From the NCBI GenBank assembly GCA_053919585.1, contig CM132793.1: 64,000 bases of DNA, one strand, 5' to 3'. The position numbers were made by a program, and so were the translations under genes. This document shows, in pieces, positions 38,043 through 52,915 of this stretch. Numbering within the stretch: the first letter of the stretch is position 1; each line of letters starts with the position of its first letter. Origin of the DNA: Euprymna scolopes (Eukaryota). The notes under the pieces are model-generated. The model worked only from the letters and a program-made list of their open reading frames with translations, was not told the DNA's origin and searched no databases.

Positions 38043-38662
38043 AATTCAAGCCTCCCCCATTTTCAAATGTCTACTAAAAAGTAAATAATTAATTTACTCA
38101 ACAGAGTTTTATATATCACAAATTTAAGATAAAAGACCAATAAATAATATATTCAAATTGAAAACCAAAAAAGGAGTGTTTTTTTTAGAAATTTACCTGT
38201 AAAATCCGAAGTTTAATCACTTTTTTTAAACACGTAGTTTGTTTTTTTGTTGTTGTTGTTTTCTGTTGTTTTTTTAAATGAAACGTTGGTTCTTGCTCTT
38301 TAATTGAAAAATAAATAGGGGTTGAATGATATTTTTCGAGTTATTATAAGCTTGGAAAGACAGGGGGTCGAATTTATTCATGCCTCCAATTTAAGAAATG
38401 TCTATTAAAAAAGAAATAATTAATTTACCCACCAAAGTGTTATATATCACAAATTGAAGATAAAAGATCAATAAATAATATATTCAAATTTAAAACAACC
38501 AGCAGGGTCTGAGTTAAAAACCTTTTTTTAAAACACGCTGTTCTTTTTTTCTTTTTCTATGAAACCTTGGTCGTTGCTCCTTTAATTGAAAAAAAACTAT
38601 TAGGGATTGAATTACATTTTTCGAGGAATTATAAGCTTGGAAAGACGGGGTGGAATTATTCA
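38043..38662 (+). repeat. Diverged tandem duplication, two units of ~330 and ~290 bp
   Basis: ATATATCACAAATT(T/G)AAGATAAAAGA(C/T)CAATAAATAATATATTCAAATT and ATTATAAGCTTGGAAAGAC each occur twice in register. Confidence 0.85.
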
Positions 38663-39113
38663 ATATGTCACGAAATTTCTGACAAACCTTACAAATGACT
38701 TATCTACTACTAAGCCTAAGTTCGAGTTGCTCACCCAACTTTAGATTTAGTGATAGTGATAGATTTTTTATACAATTTTACAAGAGTGAGGTCCTCAATG
38801 GTTAAACGACATGCAACCAGTTAATTGTGGTAAAGACAACTTTTAATAAAAGAAATGAAATAAAAATAACTTAAACACAGTTTCAGCACGTATAAAAGAT
38901 ACTTAAATTTTACTGCATTTGGTATCAGGTACTTTTTTTTATTGTTTACAATTCCTCGAATATTAATTATTTTACACAAATGATTGTGTTGTTCCTACTT
39001 ACTTGTCCCCCAACAGCCGTCATTCATGATTTTACTTATTCTTACTAATTTTTAGACACGTATTTTATTTAATTGTCAGCATGAACCAACTTTTAAAGAT
39101 GCAGCAAACATAC

Positions 39114-39148
<35 letters not shown>

Positions 39149-39654
39149 CATATATGCACACAATCATATACTAATATAATCTATTTGTACTCTTGTGTAA
39201 TAATTTTTTATTCGTATGTATATATATATATGTGTGTGTTTTATGAATATACATATTCATGTGTGTATAACTATGCGTGTGTGGATTTGAATATTTGTAT
39301 ATGATTGTGTGCATATTTTTGTGTATATATATGTATGTGTGTATACATATTACTATATATATATATGTATATATTTATGTATATATGTATATCTGTTGGT
39401 TCTTTGTGGATATATACATATGTATTTTATTATTTTTTAATTTATTATTATCTACCTATGTGTGGTTACTTTTGAGTATTTTGTAGATTTAATTACTTCT
39501 TTTGCTTGAATATATTTATATATGTATATGTAAGTGTACTTGTGTCTATGTTTTTATTTTTACTGTCTTGAATAAGTTAAATTGTGATTTAATATGACTT
39601 TATAATTATATTTAACCAAATTAAATTTTCAACTTAATAGTATAGAGTTACACC

Positions 39655-39711
<57 letters not shown>

Positions 39712-40075
39712 TGTATTCTTCTATCTCCATAAATATTAGTAGATTATATTTTCTAATTATTAGTCGTTTTTACTTTCCGCAATCCCCTTTTAAGGCTTAA
39801 TATGTTATATAAAAAAGATAATAAATATTNNNNNNNNNNNNNNNNNNNNNNNNNNNNNNNNNNNNNNNNNNNNNNNNNNNNNNNNNNNNNNNNNNNNNNN
39901 NNNNNNNNNNNNNNNNNNNNNNNNNNNNNNNNNNNNNNNNNNNNNNNNNNNNNNNNNNNNNNNNNNNNNNNNNNNNNNNNNNNNNNNNNNNNNNNNNNNN
40001 NNNNNNNNNNNNNNNNNNNNNNNNNNAATTCCACGGTAGTTAAAATCTTTTAAAACACATCAGTAAGAAATTCCT

Positions 40076-40481
40076 TGATTGAGATTGTCGGACTGACTTC
40101 CTCATCTTGGTTGTTATAGACACAGCATTTCGGACGTTTTGCCCTCCAGCCTTCATCAGGTGTTTTGTATCGAACTGAGGAACCGTTTGTTAGGAGTCTC
40201 GAACCCAACCCTTTATTATTATTACGGGGGTACCGTGTTCGGACTCCAGCTAGGCTCTGGGACATAGTTGCTTATTTTGTTTTGAATGTTACTTTTCACT
40301 GCCTTCGTTCAGGATTGAACTCAGCACCTTTGGGTAACTGTAAACTTTGATACATCGTCTAGGACCACTCGGCCATACGTCACTAGGACACAAACCACCT
40401 GATGAAGGCCGGAGGGAAAACGGCCGAAACGTTGTGTCTATGACAATCAAGACGAGGAAGTTAGTCCGACAATCTCAATAA
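40076..40481. mobile_element. Penelope-type non-autonomous element with ~86-bp inverted arms, each containing a minimal hammerhead motif
   Basis: 40076-40162 is the reverse complement of 40396-40481. The arms contain CAC-CTGATGA-A-GGCCG-loop-CGGCC-GAAAC-GTT-GTG. Confidence 0.7.
40396..40436 (+). ncRNA. Minimal type I hammerhead ribozyme motif (Penelope-associated type)
   Basis: Core CUGAUGA (40399-40405), stem II GGCCG/CGGCC, GAAA, palindromic AACGUU stem III, short stem I CAC/GUG. Confidence 0.6.
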
Positions 40482-42557
40482 ATGAAACACCTAATCTCAA
40501 AAATACAGACAATTACAATATGGCAATTGAAGCGAAGGAATAAATAGTTATTTAAACCATAATTATTGAAACAAAGTATTTTACTGCATAAAAGAGGAGA
40601 GAAGGGTAAACTATTTTGAACCTTCACTTAAATAGCGATTTAATGAAAATAAAATTAATGGTCTTGTATCTTTTTTTTTATAATTTGTTTTAAAATAAGA
40701 AAGAAAAAAAAACCTTTGATACCGCTATTTTAAGAATCATGCTGAAAGTCATTCTTAATATGGGGAGGAGGTGTTAACTATTCTGAAACTTCACCTAACA
40801 ATGTAATAAAAATAATGGAAAAAATATATGAATGAACAATAAATATTTCTTCAGTTTAATAAAATATACTGAAAATCTTTAAATAGGAAATAAATATTTC
40901 TTTAAACAAATTAAGTCATAAGTAATGAAACAAAATGTTTTATTTCATATTAAAAAAAATTGTTGCGTCCATTTTTTATAGTATTTAAATATGCATGCCC
41001 TGTCGGTTGGCATTAGAATATGATGACTGCCTGTAAAAGAAGCAAAATAAACGAACACAACATAAATAATAACTATGTAAACAACGTGAAGCTGTATAAA
41101 TGTTAAAAATTACTCGATCTGGCATTAAATAACACGTAAAAAGATTGATATGCCGTAAAACAAAAACAAAACAGAACAAGACGTAAAATATGTTTTGACT
41201 CTATGTTACTCAGTGTATTTGCGAATGGTGACTTTGGTGATTTATTTAATAAAGTCATTCTTGACTTTTGTAACATTTATTTCTAAACATATTTTTTGTT
41301 ATGTAAGGCTCACTCAAAAGTATATAAAAATAATAAAAAAGATAAAGTGGCACAGTAAAATAAAAACGAACTCGTAACGTTAAATGTAAAAAATATATTT
41401 ATTACTGAATAAAATAGAATAAGCGTTCCGTATTACACTACAATAATAAACAGAAGACATCGTTAAAATGTAAGTAAACTACTATACTATTTAAACTGTG
41501 GAACGATACCTTCTATGCATAAGTGTCTTTAAAATAATCCNNNNNNNNNNNNNNNNNNNNNNNNNNNNNNNNNNNNNNNNNNNNNNNNNNNNNNNNNNNN
41601 NNNNNNNNNNNNNNNNNNNNNNNNNNNNNNNNNNNNNNNNNNNNNNNNNNNNNNNNNNNNNNNNNNNNNNNNNNNAAATAAAAGGGTCTAATGATTTTTA
41701 ACTAATAAAGATTGAACAATAAAGGGAGATACTTCACATTAATTAATGTTTGCGATGATGATGACGTGGCACCGTACGGACAAGCATATTAATATATAGA
41801 TAATTTTACTATATTGTTTTATCATTATTTTTATATATTTATTCAAATAAACCGTGAAAACTTTAAACTTATATTATTAAGTATAAAGAGCTTAATTAAT
41901 TGTAGACGTATGTTTAAACTGCGTTGATATTACTCATGGACGTATGTGAGATGATAAATATGTTGGTTGCTTACATTCGCTGTAACTTTTGACATGTACG
42001 CTTTTAACGCTAAGATTGTGTTTTTTCTTTGTGTTGTTGTAATAATGCGTCTTGTCATTATAATGTATAATTGCCCATAAATTAGGTGACACGCAATTCT
42101 TTTTCTCTTTTTCTCTATTCTGTTAACATTCTAAACTTCCCTTCCTATAAATTCTTACTTTCACTCTTTTTCTCTTTAACTATCTCTCATCATTCTCTTT
42201 TTTTTCTCTTCTAGCCCTTGCTTTTTATAATAACCCTTTATATTGTTTTTTCTCTATTTTTTCTCTTTATCTTTTTTCTCTATTTCTTTTTTCTCTTCCT
42301 CATCATTCTCTCTCCATTATTTTTTATTAGTTTTCTTTAGATTTCCCCTCCCTCTTTACATTTTATGATTAAAGTTCTGTGTTTTAAGGTTTTTTAACTC
42401 CAACTTTTAAAGAATTCCTACCTTTAAAAAAAATTCATTATTCATTGAACATTTGAATAGCCAAGTCGCTGCCTGATGATATCTGTTGTTTGATTGAAAC
42501 AAATGGCTGTTTGTAGCAGCGGGATGTAAACATTTTTATTTAACAATAAATTATATA

Positions 42558-42610
<53 letters not shown>

Positions 42611-45600
42611 GTGCATGACAATCGATATATCAATTACGAAATCCAGCGATCATATCTGCGTATTTGAGTATAGCATCAAAGAAGTAATTACCTTCTTTAT
42701 CTTCATAACCTGAGGTGTAGCTTTATCTTCTACCGGCTATTACCATCAGAGTATGAATTTTATCATTTGAAGTATCTCGCGTGGATAATTATAATCAAAT
42801 AAACGATGCATTTGAAAACTGTTCTGTATCTGCCTATAACATATTTATTCCATCACTCAGATGTTATTATAATTTCCTTACATTAACTTTACTTCTCATA
42901 AGTATGCTTTCTACGTTCGTATAAAACACGAAGATATAATATTTCATAATTTTCTGAAAGTATAATACATGCAAATGATCGAAAAGTAAAATAGTTCTTA
43001 ATAATTATAATACTTTCCTAGTAATCTAAAATCATAACACGTCAAAATAGTATTCCTTTTTATGCCTGCAAATTATTTTCATCGTAATCAACAAGATTCA
43101 CTAATTAGGAATCTTAATGCATAAAACTTTATATGGATGTATCCAGTATTGACTATAGATCTGACTTTAATTTAAGCATGTATTTCGTACAAATAGATTA
43201 GGATTATGGAACTCCATGTTCAACCAAAACAAAAGTCGCTATGTCCGGATGTCAATATTTACTTTACGGTATTGCTGATGAGAATTAGTGTATTAACTTC
43301 CTTATATCATTTTCCCCGAGCAAGATTTCGTTTTAAAAAGCACATAAAATAGCACGTTTCATTATTAACGTTTCATTATAAGTAATTTCAGCAGATTTGG
43401 TAGACAATATCCTCTGATTAAACTGTAAATATTCAGTATAGGTTTAATTTACATGTAGTTTACGTAATAGATCATAAATACTTGTTATTGTGATAATTAT
43501 GATAAATATTGAGTAATGGCTGTATATATAGAACGATTTATATAAATCTTATGGAATTAAAAAAAAAATCACTGATTATTCGAGGTTTACGACTTCATAA
43601 AAAGCAGGCTGAAATAATATGTATATTAAGGTAAACAACACAGATTACATACTAGACTTTCAATTAAAATCTAAATAATACTTGGTATAAACCAAGGAGT
43701 AATATATTTTTAAAAATCTTATTTCTATTTTGTAAATTGTTTTATCATTTAAATTGAAACTTACTTCCACCTATTTAACGCTTTCCAACAAGTTTATTAT
43801 AGTTTGATTGGTGGTCAATTATTAGTCAATAATCCTCTGGTGTTGCCTTGAATCTAAACGAAAATAATTACCAATACTATAGGGTTATTTCTAATTTATT
43901 ACGCCAACGAATTTATATAATTTTTATTGTCATGTTTAAAAAGAAGAATATATTTACATTTCGCTTACTTGAATTATTTAATTTTATCTTGATATATTGT
44001 GACTAATCTGACATATGACCAGATATGATATCGGTGCTGCAAATATGCATTTCAAATTCTCCAAGGTTCGTACAGTTAATACATTAAATCGCTCGATATA
44101 TCTAAATCAATAATAGCTATAACAAACAATACATGTATTAGACAGTATACATAATTGTATAACTGGAATATGTTATGATACAAATATTAAAACGAAGAGT
44201 GCATTGCAGTAATCCTTATATCATACGTCCTGTTTCGATTTTTATTAAAGTGCATTACCGTGTTTTGATTCGTGTAAATGTATAAAATAATATGTTTCAG
44301 CTAAAAGAGGTTTTAAGAATTAAATGATTTTCGGGAAATCGATTCATCTGTGCTAATATAGAAGTAGGAATGAATTTACATTTAAAGCAGATTTTATATA
44401 TCGACTTTGCAACAAATTATTAAATAAATATTATGTCGTTTAGACTATTCTATAATATCTCAATATAACTGCCATTTTTGTGAAATTAATATTACTATAC
44501 GTTTCTTAATTTAAAAATGTAACAAAAATGTAACTTTTTTATGCACGAAGTTATACAAAATAATGAAAAAACATATTTGTAAGTTTTACAAAATTCATAA
44601 TGATACTTTTGCTCTAATTCACGATGGAATAATGCACATAAAACTATTGGAACTCATAAATATACATAGAGAAGTATGTCCTATTAGTTTTACGAGCTCT
44701 CAAAAACCTGAAAATCCGTGATGAATAAAACTAAGATGAATTTATCGATAATTCCACGATCGATGTAAGAGAACATGGGGTCAGTCGTAAAAAAACAATT
44801 TAGAAATATAATCGATCAGTCGCATCGTGGATACGCAATTGAAAACTCTCAGTTGTTGAAGGAAATAAAATCGATATACACTTAATACTAAACGTTCATA
44901 TAAATCAAGTTATGAATGATTTCTGAGCAACGGTTCAGATACGTGCATAGAGGTCAATTGAATAGTTCGAATGATAATTATGTTGCTTCAATGGTTACTT
45001 TATTAAGAAATAATTTGCATTTCAGTAATGATAAACATATATTACACTCATTTAATATAATAGAGTTGATTTGAGAACGAGTTCTTTAGAAATAAAAGGT
45101 TTTTATTAATAGCCAAGTCTGGTATTCGTTGTATTATTGCTTATATACGAGGTTTTCTAATTCAATAACATTATTTTCTGCATGTTCGTTATATTAGAAG
45201 GCAACCTTATGTAAAGAGGTGGCTGTTATGGGGGCAAGGGGATTGAGAGCGAATCAGATAGCGTTGTCAAAACAAAATATTTGATTATTTTCGCCGTTTT
45301 AATACATATTTACATAACATGTAGTTGTATTTTGCCATTTAATATTGTACACTAAATTCATATGAATAAATGGGCTCGCATATTTGTAAGTAAATATGAG
45401 AAAAAACTGGAGCAGATAACTGCTCCCCAAGAACTGGACATATATCTGAAACGAAGGGTACCATAGTAAACGAATATATTATGGAGTACATTGCCTTGCT
45501 TATTATCTCCGAAATCAAAACAAATAAAACACTATATTCTTCAATAGTAAGAGGAAACTCCTTTTAGTATTATATCTATAATATAAAGGGAATATTGCAC

Positions 45601-45712
45601 TATATAAAAAATGCAGTGGTAGTAATGTCTAAGAACGTAATATCATAATCACAAAACATACCCTACATACATACTGAGTTGAGACCTGACACATGACATA
45701 TATATGTAATAA

Positions 45713-46471
45713 TTAGCAGGGAGACCTGACATTGCCCGGAATTGAATGATGATAAACGAATATTTCAGACTCCTATATTTTATTGCCATCTAAATCTGTG
45801 ATAGCACCCGGGGTGAAGCTCCACATGCTACCTCGTAATCACTTAATACACAATATGTACTATTATATATTGCGTTCTAGAAAACATTCTGTTTCTTTCA
45901 TAACAATATTTTATATAAAGTTTCTTCCAGTGAACGAAACAAGTACATTAAGAAATGTACGTGCGGGGTTTGAATCTACTGACCAAATCATGCAAAAAAA
46001 AAACAAAAAAAAACACACACACACACACAAAACAAAAACAGAAAAAAAACACGAACATTTTCAAGTCCAATAACATTCTTTGCTTTAAATATAAAAAACA
46101 AATATTAAGAAATTTACCTGCGGAGTTTGAACCTACATACCACGTCATGCAAAAAAAAAACGTCATGCAAAAAAAAAACAACAAACTCTCAACTTATCCA
46201 CAATAGAATTTTCACGGCTCGTGATTCTATCATTGTCGCAGAGCGACGACATGGAATAATGGCTTTATCGATGATAGATAAATAAAAATAATGGTTTCGA
46301 TCAACAATGATCGGTAATTATCGAGGCGATTCAGAGACAAAACTTTACTAAGATCTCTTCCAAACTTACACACTAAGGATCTGTAAATTTTTAAGAAACT
46401 CTGTTCAACGGATCGGAGTCTATAAGGAACGAACTCACACATACAAAGTTGCATTTATATAATTGTAGAGA
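45713..46471 (-). mobile_element. Non-autonomous Helitron (family C)
   Basis: Minus strand A|TCTCTACAATTATATAAATGC ... CCGGGCAATGTCAGG-TCTCCCTG-CTAA|T shows 5' TC, a degenerate 3' hairpin + CTRR and insertion between A and T. Internal ~60-bp duplication at 45946 and 46104. Confidence 0.65.
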
Positions 46472-47685
46472 TATGGAAAAGTTAATCTGACCTTGTTTTC
46501 CACATATATTTGATATGTATTCACTATTGTAAAACGGTTTCATATTAAATATGAAATAATATATTTAAATTAAATCCATTTCATTTAAATAAATGCATTT
46601 AGATTTAATTCCATTGATAATATAAGCATACACAAATATAATTATATATAATAACATATCCACAATTTGCACATACATTTAATTTAATTCATATTAAATT
46701 TAACACGTGCTCTTTGTTTGCTGAGTATTAGGAATTTACATATTTTGTAAAATTCATCTATGAAAATTAGATACCATTCCCTCTAAAACGTAAATTTAAT
46801 TAATGACAATATATTCTTATAATTCCTTTGCTAAATGCGTTGTTTATATTTTTCCAAAGTATTTGATTTTTACCATGTTGTGTTATTACAATATTTTTTT
46901 TATTTTGAAATGTGCAATCTTTAGACATATTTTGTGGCCATACTCAGGCAACCTGCTAGAGGAAAAAAAAATAAAGGTAGTTTTTTTTCTGAAACCTCTT
47001 TTAAAAATCTTAAATAAATAAAACAATACTTTTAGAAATTCAGATTTTTTAAAGTAAGAGGGTCTTTCTATTCTGTAAGCATTGTTTGAAAATAGTTTAT
47101 TATTACAACCGAACACTATCAATAATTTCCTCCACTCTTTATCTGTGCATAAACCTAAACGTATATAGCTTGAGCAACAGGTTGCCTTATTGTCGCATCC
47201 TATTACGAAAATCTGTGCACAAATTCAGATATTTTGAATCTTGATTGGAATTACAATCTTATGTAATTCCTCCTTAATTGACACTGCTACATATACACCA
47301 GAGATAAATCTATAGTAGTGATATTAGTGGTGTTAATAGTTTTACTTACGTTATTTTTCTATTAGTATAGTACTTATAGGTGTAGATTATTGTTTTGATG
47401 GTAGCGTCATATGTATTGTTAGAATTGATCGGTTAACTGTTACTCTCTCACAGCTCCGGTTTTGGAAGCGATATCGAGGTAAAATGTATTGTAAGCGTTG
47501 TTTTTTTAGGGGTGGTTCTTATATGTTATACGTAGTTTTTAAAGGTTGTAACTACTTAAAAGCTGAGGTGTTCCCTTCTTTTTGTTACCTCTCTTGAAGT
47601 CATATAGCGGTTTGTGTCTGATTCGTTACTTATCAAATTTGTCAGGCGATATACTATAGTGCGAAATATATATATTCATCAGTTT

Positions 47686-47745
<60 letters not shown>

Positions 47746-47892
47746 GGTGCATGTATATACTTCAATTAACTGTAGATTGATTAGTAATTTACATTATTGG
47801 GCCATCTAATATTCAACATTACTTTGATATAAGATTTAAGATTCACCAATCCATTAATATATATATACATATATATATACATATATATATAC

Positions 47893-47936
<44 letters not shown>

Positions 47937-50084
47937 GTATTGTTTGCGTCCGTTATATTTCTATTACGTTTCTTTTAATTTTTTTCGCTCTATGTGAATA
48001 TGATCAGAGATCTTTCAGTCTCTCACATATTGCCTATCGAAATGAATTGATAAGTCGGGCGCATTTCAGAAATTATTATTGTCTCATGGCAATAGAAGCT
48101 TATTTTCTTGTTTTGGAAGTTTTTTTCTTGTTATATTTTATTTACAATACAAGCTTACCTTATAAAAAATTATGTGTCGTGTTTGTGTGTGTATTTTTGT
48201 GTGTGTGATCGCGCGCTGAAAGATGTAAAGAAAATAAAATTCATTCAGATAGATTGAGGTTCGAATTTGTATTTAAATATTTAAAACTATATTTCTATTC
48301 TTATTTTGAGGATTTGTCGTAAATAGTACCTCTGGATTGATATTGAAATGTCAGTTTGTGCTGCATAGAACATCCCCATAAATTAGTTCTCAAGTAAGAA
48401 GAGATTACTTGTCGAATATTAGCTGGTTTAATTATAGCTAAGAGTGAATATTTAAGTGAATCTATATTTTATATTGATTCTGAAAATCATGTGTATGCTA
48501 CCTGTTTTTATTTTGAACATCACGTGGATCTTACTATTATAAATAACAATAATGATAATAATAGGATATTATTGCATGGTATTAATACTAATCAGAAATA
48601 TGAGGAAAATAAACATAACATGCATGGTAAAAGAATGATTTCAAATAATTGCAGCATATCACATACAGATTAATTAAAATGAGTATTAGCTATCTTTAAA
48701 TAGCCGGACACTACACTAGGGGAAGTGTATGAGCACAAGAATTCACAGGATTTACATATGTTTTGATATACATCGATAGAAAATTGCAAGATATCCAAAT
48801 TCGAGGAAAAAAAATCATGATATGAAGTGACAACAGGGGAAACATGCGACAAATCTATTTATTTGCTAGTTAGAAAATGAAATATACAACACGACAAAGA
48901 AAGGACAAAGTAATTCGACACATAATGATTCGAAGTAACAGATGAAACAGAGTTCTGACAAAATAAAGCTTATCAGCCATCATCACTTATTTCAAACTAT
49001 GATCCCAACTTACAAGATAAACTGAACTTATGATACAGGATAATTATATACAAAGAAAAATGCCACTATTCGAATATCCTATATGTGCATATATGAACTT
49101 TATACCGTTTGGAAGTAAATTACACATTTATACGGCACTAATAAAAATGCAAAGATCATAATATATTTTGCTAAATATCTTTTACTATAGCTATGAATTC
49201 TGCGAGTGGGACTCATTGGAGAATATGAAGCAGGTGCAGATGCTATTAATTTTGTCACCATTTTACTTTTACACATAATTTTGACTCAAGTCGCATTGTT
49301 GATGTTTAACCAAACTACTCACAATAAGAATATGTAAAGAAAATGCAGTCAAGTAAATTGCGGGTATTCTATTTCATTTGTTAATAAGTTGAGGTTCTCA
49401 ATTGGCTATTTTAGGTAAGATTAATAGTTGCCACGGAAATGGTTACTACGAGCTTTAATATTTTCTATACGCAGCCCTGTCAAGTGAAAACCATGATAAT
49501 AGTTTCAATAAATACATATTCTTGAGGATGTGTCTCATTTCGATGATGTGAACCACAATGATGTTATATTGTTGAAAACACACAAATGGGTTAAACTTCA
49601 TGATCACAAGTGCTCCCTACGCACTGTACCCATCTACTCGATGTTCTGAGCGTTTGGGGAAGTTTTAGTAAATATTAATTCTGGTACAAAAGATAAAGGT
49701 AATTAATATATAATAATAATAATTAATTTAAGCGATCAAGTGAGAATTAGTTAAATAGATATATATTGTATACGACAAACTAAAAAAAAATAAGTATACC
49801 GTTATTTGTGAAAAGGTGTGTGCTCATTATACGTCTATTGTGTTTAAGAACACAGTACCTAATTTAAATTACGCATTGTTCAAGTTATCTTTGTGGATAC
49901 AACTTCACGTACGTGTAAGATTAAACACAATTAAAACGAATTAGAATCTGAGTTTTAAGTGATATTATTACCTGATCTGTTATAATATATTCACGAGTTT
50001 GTAAAACCAAATTGCACTTTATTAAAGAAGAATTAATTCTAAGAAACCATTTTATCTGCACTTGCCATGACGCTATTTCCCCTT

Positions 50085-52915
50085 CTTCAATACAGCAGCT
50101 TTTTTACAAGAGCAACTAAATGATCTGACTAGAGATTTACACGGTTACAAAGACTCTTCTGAATTTTTATCTTCAAACTAACAGAAAAAAAATCAGCCTG
50201 GAACCTTCATAGATTTCTATAGAAACTACCATATTGAATGTTTGCCATATTTCACTAAGGAGAACGGCATAATATATTGTAAAGATGTTGCCGGTCTGCG
50301 GTAACAATTTGATGTCGAACAGTATTATTCTAAAGATTGGCGCCTTTTTCTAGACAATTCCAATAGATGTTAAAACGTCTTTTCACGGAAGCAACTTATA
50401 TACATCAGCTTCTCTCCGCCATTCAATTACCCTCAGAGAAAATTATAATTAAATCAAATCTGTTCTAGAAAAGTATACATCCAGACACCACCGATAGATC
50501 ATATGTGTCGATTTGAAAATGGCTGAGTTCCGCTCAGCCTACAAGATAGTTACACAAAGTTTCCTTGCTTCTTGTGTTTTTGGAATTACAGGGTAAGAAC
50601 AGAGCACTGGATAACATCTTATCAGTATGCCATGTATTAAAGAGTTCAGGTGATAAGTCGCCTTCCTCCCAGTATAAACCAATAAGTCTCTTGTGTGTTA
50701 TGAGAAAGTTTCTGGAATCCATATTAAATAGAAAAGTAGTCAACGACCTCAGCAGATCTAACCTTCTTATGGTTTCCGTTCTGCCAGATCTACATCAGAT
50801 GTGCTAACAGTTATATCTCATAGGATTAGTGAATCTCTTCACAAAGATTTCCTCTCTAAGGCAATTGCTCTTGACATATCAAATGCGTTCGATAAGGTAT
50901 GGCATAAGGACCTACTTCACAAGATTTCAAGCTACGGTATAACTGGAAATGCTTTCTCGATCATTAAATTATTTCTTTCTTAGCGCCTCATAAGAGTAGT
51001 GGTTGATGGGCAGAAATCTGAGGCCCTCACTATTAATGCTGGAGTCCCTCAGGGGTCAGTCCTGGGCCCAACTCTCTTGCTGATCTACACCAATGATCTC
51101 CCAAAACACATACTTAAATCATTCGTGGACATCTGCTGGTGACTCGACAATCATTGGCAACACATTAAAGTAAATAACAAAGTTCTCTCTGATTCTTTCA
51201 CCTCTGAACTCAAGCGCGTGGTACAGTGGGAGAAGAGGTGGCTGGTTACTTTTAATGCATCTAAAACTAAGCTCGTATCTTTACATCATCAACGCTCTGA
51301 TCCCCATCTAGCATCAATTGAAATCGATGGTTCTCGACAAGGGGAAGCTCCATGTTTCGATAAGCTTCTGTGATTGACCTTTACTCCTGACCTGAAATGG
51401 AACACGCACATTAAGTCTATTGCCAAGGTCGCTGAAAAATGGTAGGATCCTTCTTACCGCTCCAGAAGATATCTCACTGCTGATGTAATTCTCTATCTAT
51501 ATAAAAGCCAAGTACGTCCAAAGATAGAGTACTGTTTCAACATCTTGACAGGAGCTGCGAAAAAAGCCTATCCTGCCTTGACAGGGTACAAAATAGGCTT
51601 CGGGCTCAATGGGAGATGCGCTTTTCTGTTCCCTGCAACCTCTCTCCCACATAAGAGACGTTGCGAGCCTTTCTTGATTTTATCGTTACTTCCAGTGCAC
51701 GTCTGAGTTTCAATCCCCGGTTGCCCCTCGCCAATCTTTCACGAAAAACATCCATATAGCTGAAACCATTGTCAAAATTTTTCCCCACTCTTTATCTATG
51801 CCAAAACCAAAACGTAGATTCCATGAACAAAGCTTCTTTCTTAGAAGTGCACGCCTGTGGAACTCTCTCCCGTTTGCCTGCTCCCAGCTGATTCTACAAC
51901 ATAGATGTCTTCAAGTCCAACATAAACAAATTCCCTCTTAAGTAAGACACTTTATCAAATCTCAACACTGTACACGCAATAAACCTTATCCTCGAGTGGC
52001 TTCCGGGCTTTGATAAGTGCTGATCACCTTGTAAATAAAAATACATTGACCAGTGAACGGAAACTGATTCCTGACTCTCTCAGTGTTCTGCTTCTTCTTT
52101 TGTGTAACTTTTAAAATTGTGTTTCCTCCTCTTCACGTAATAATTGACATCATAAAACAGTTTTTGAGGGTTCTTGGAAAAGATGGTAACTGTTCTAAAT
52201 ATATTTGCATAACATTTCCAAGCCGAACACTTGATAAATTAAAAGCTGGAATTTTTAATAGGCTCCAGATTTTAAATTTAATGTATGACGCAAATGTATG
52301 TAGTTTTATCACTCCTTCAGAACTGAGTGCCTGCAGATCGTTTACACATTTATTAAAATGTTTATTCGAATTAATAAAGACGCCCAACCACAAAAGCTTG
52401 TTAAACATTACTCTTAGGTCTCAACCAACTCGTTTAAAATAAGTGTGAAGTTAATATTTTGCACATCCAGAAAATATAATTGATAGGAGTGATGAGCAAG
52501 GGGGACTTCTTACATCTAGGAAGTTCGATATCAAGGTGTGTGTACGCTACCATGTTTGGAAACTAATGTTGTCTATCAAGCGCGAAAATGCTGGAGACCC
52601 TACTCTAGAAAATTATTTAAACGTTGTTATAGATGATGATGTATATGCTTAGCATTATTCACAACTTCAATCTTTCATTTGTAAGATTTTCATGCGATTT
52701 CATAAATGTGTATCTTAAAATTATATAAATGCACTGTTTCTTCGATTTGCTTGTTTTATTGTGGCTATAGGGTTCCTACAGAGGTGGGCATACAACTGAA
52801 AAACTAGACCTTATGAAATAAAAACTACAGCATTATTGAAATCAGCGCCATCAAGTTAGGTGAAAATAGAACAACTTAGGCACTCTGATATGAATTCAAA
52901 TTAAAAAAAAAAGTC
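50085..52915 (+). mobile_element. Chapaev3-like (CMC superfamily) DNA transposon relic, split by a LINE
   Basis: Degenerate peptides QLNDLTRDL, IYCKDVAGL, DWRLFLDNS, CVDLKM, YTKFPCFLC (50090-50590), then PPLHV..IIKQFLRVLGKDG..KLKAGIF (ORF 52083-52442) and SDEQG (~52488). Family assignment is from recalled motifs. Confidence 0.7.
50625..52042 (+). mobile_element. 5'-truncated CR1-group LINE (family B, copy 2)
   Basis: QYKPISLLC, ALDISNAFDKVWH, GVPQGSVLGP. The 3' end CCTTATCCTCGAGTGG...TTGATAAGTG...CCTTGTAAATAAAA matches the 25172 copy. Confidence 0.92.

Noticed and set aside
42095-42360. Long pyrimidine-rich tract as a splice acceptor region
   Set aside because: Low-complexity (CT/T) sequence with no convincing downstream exon.
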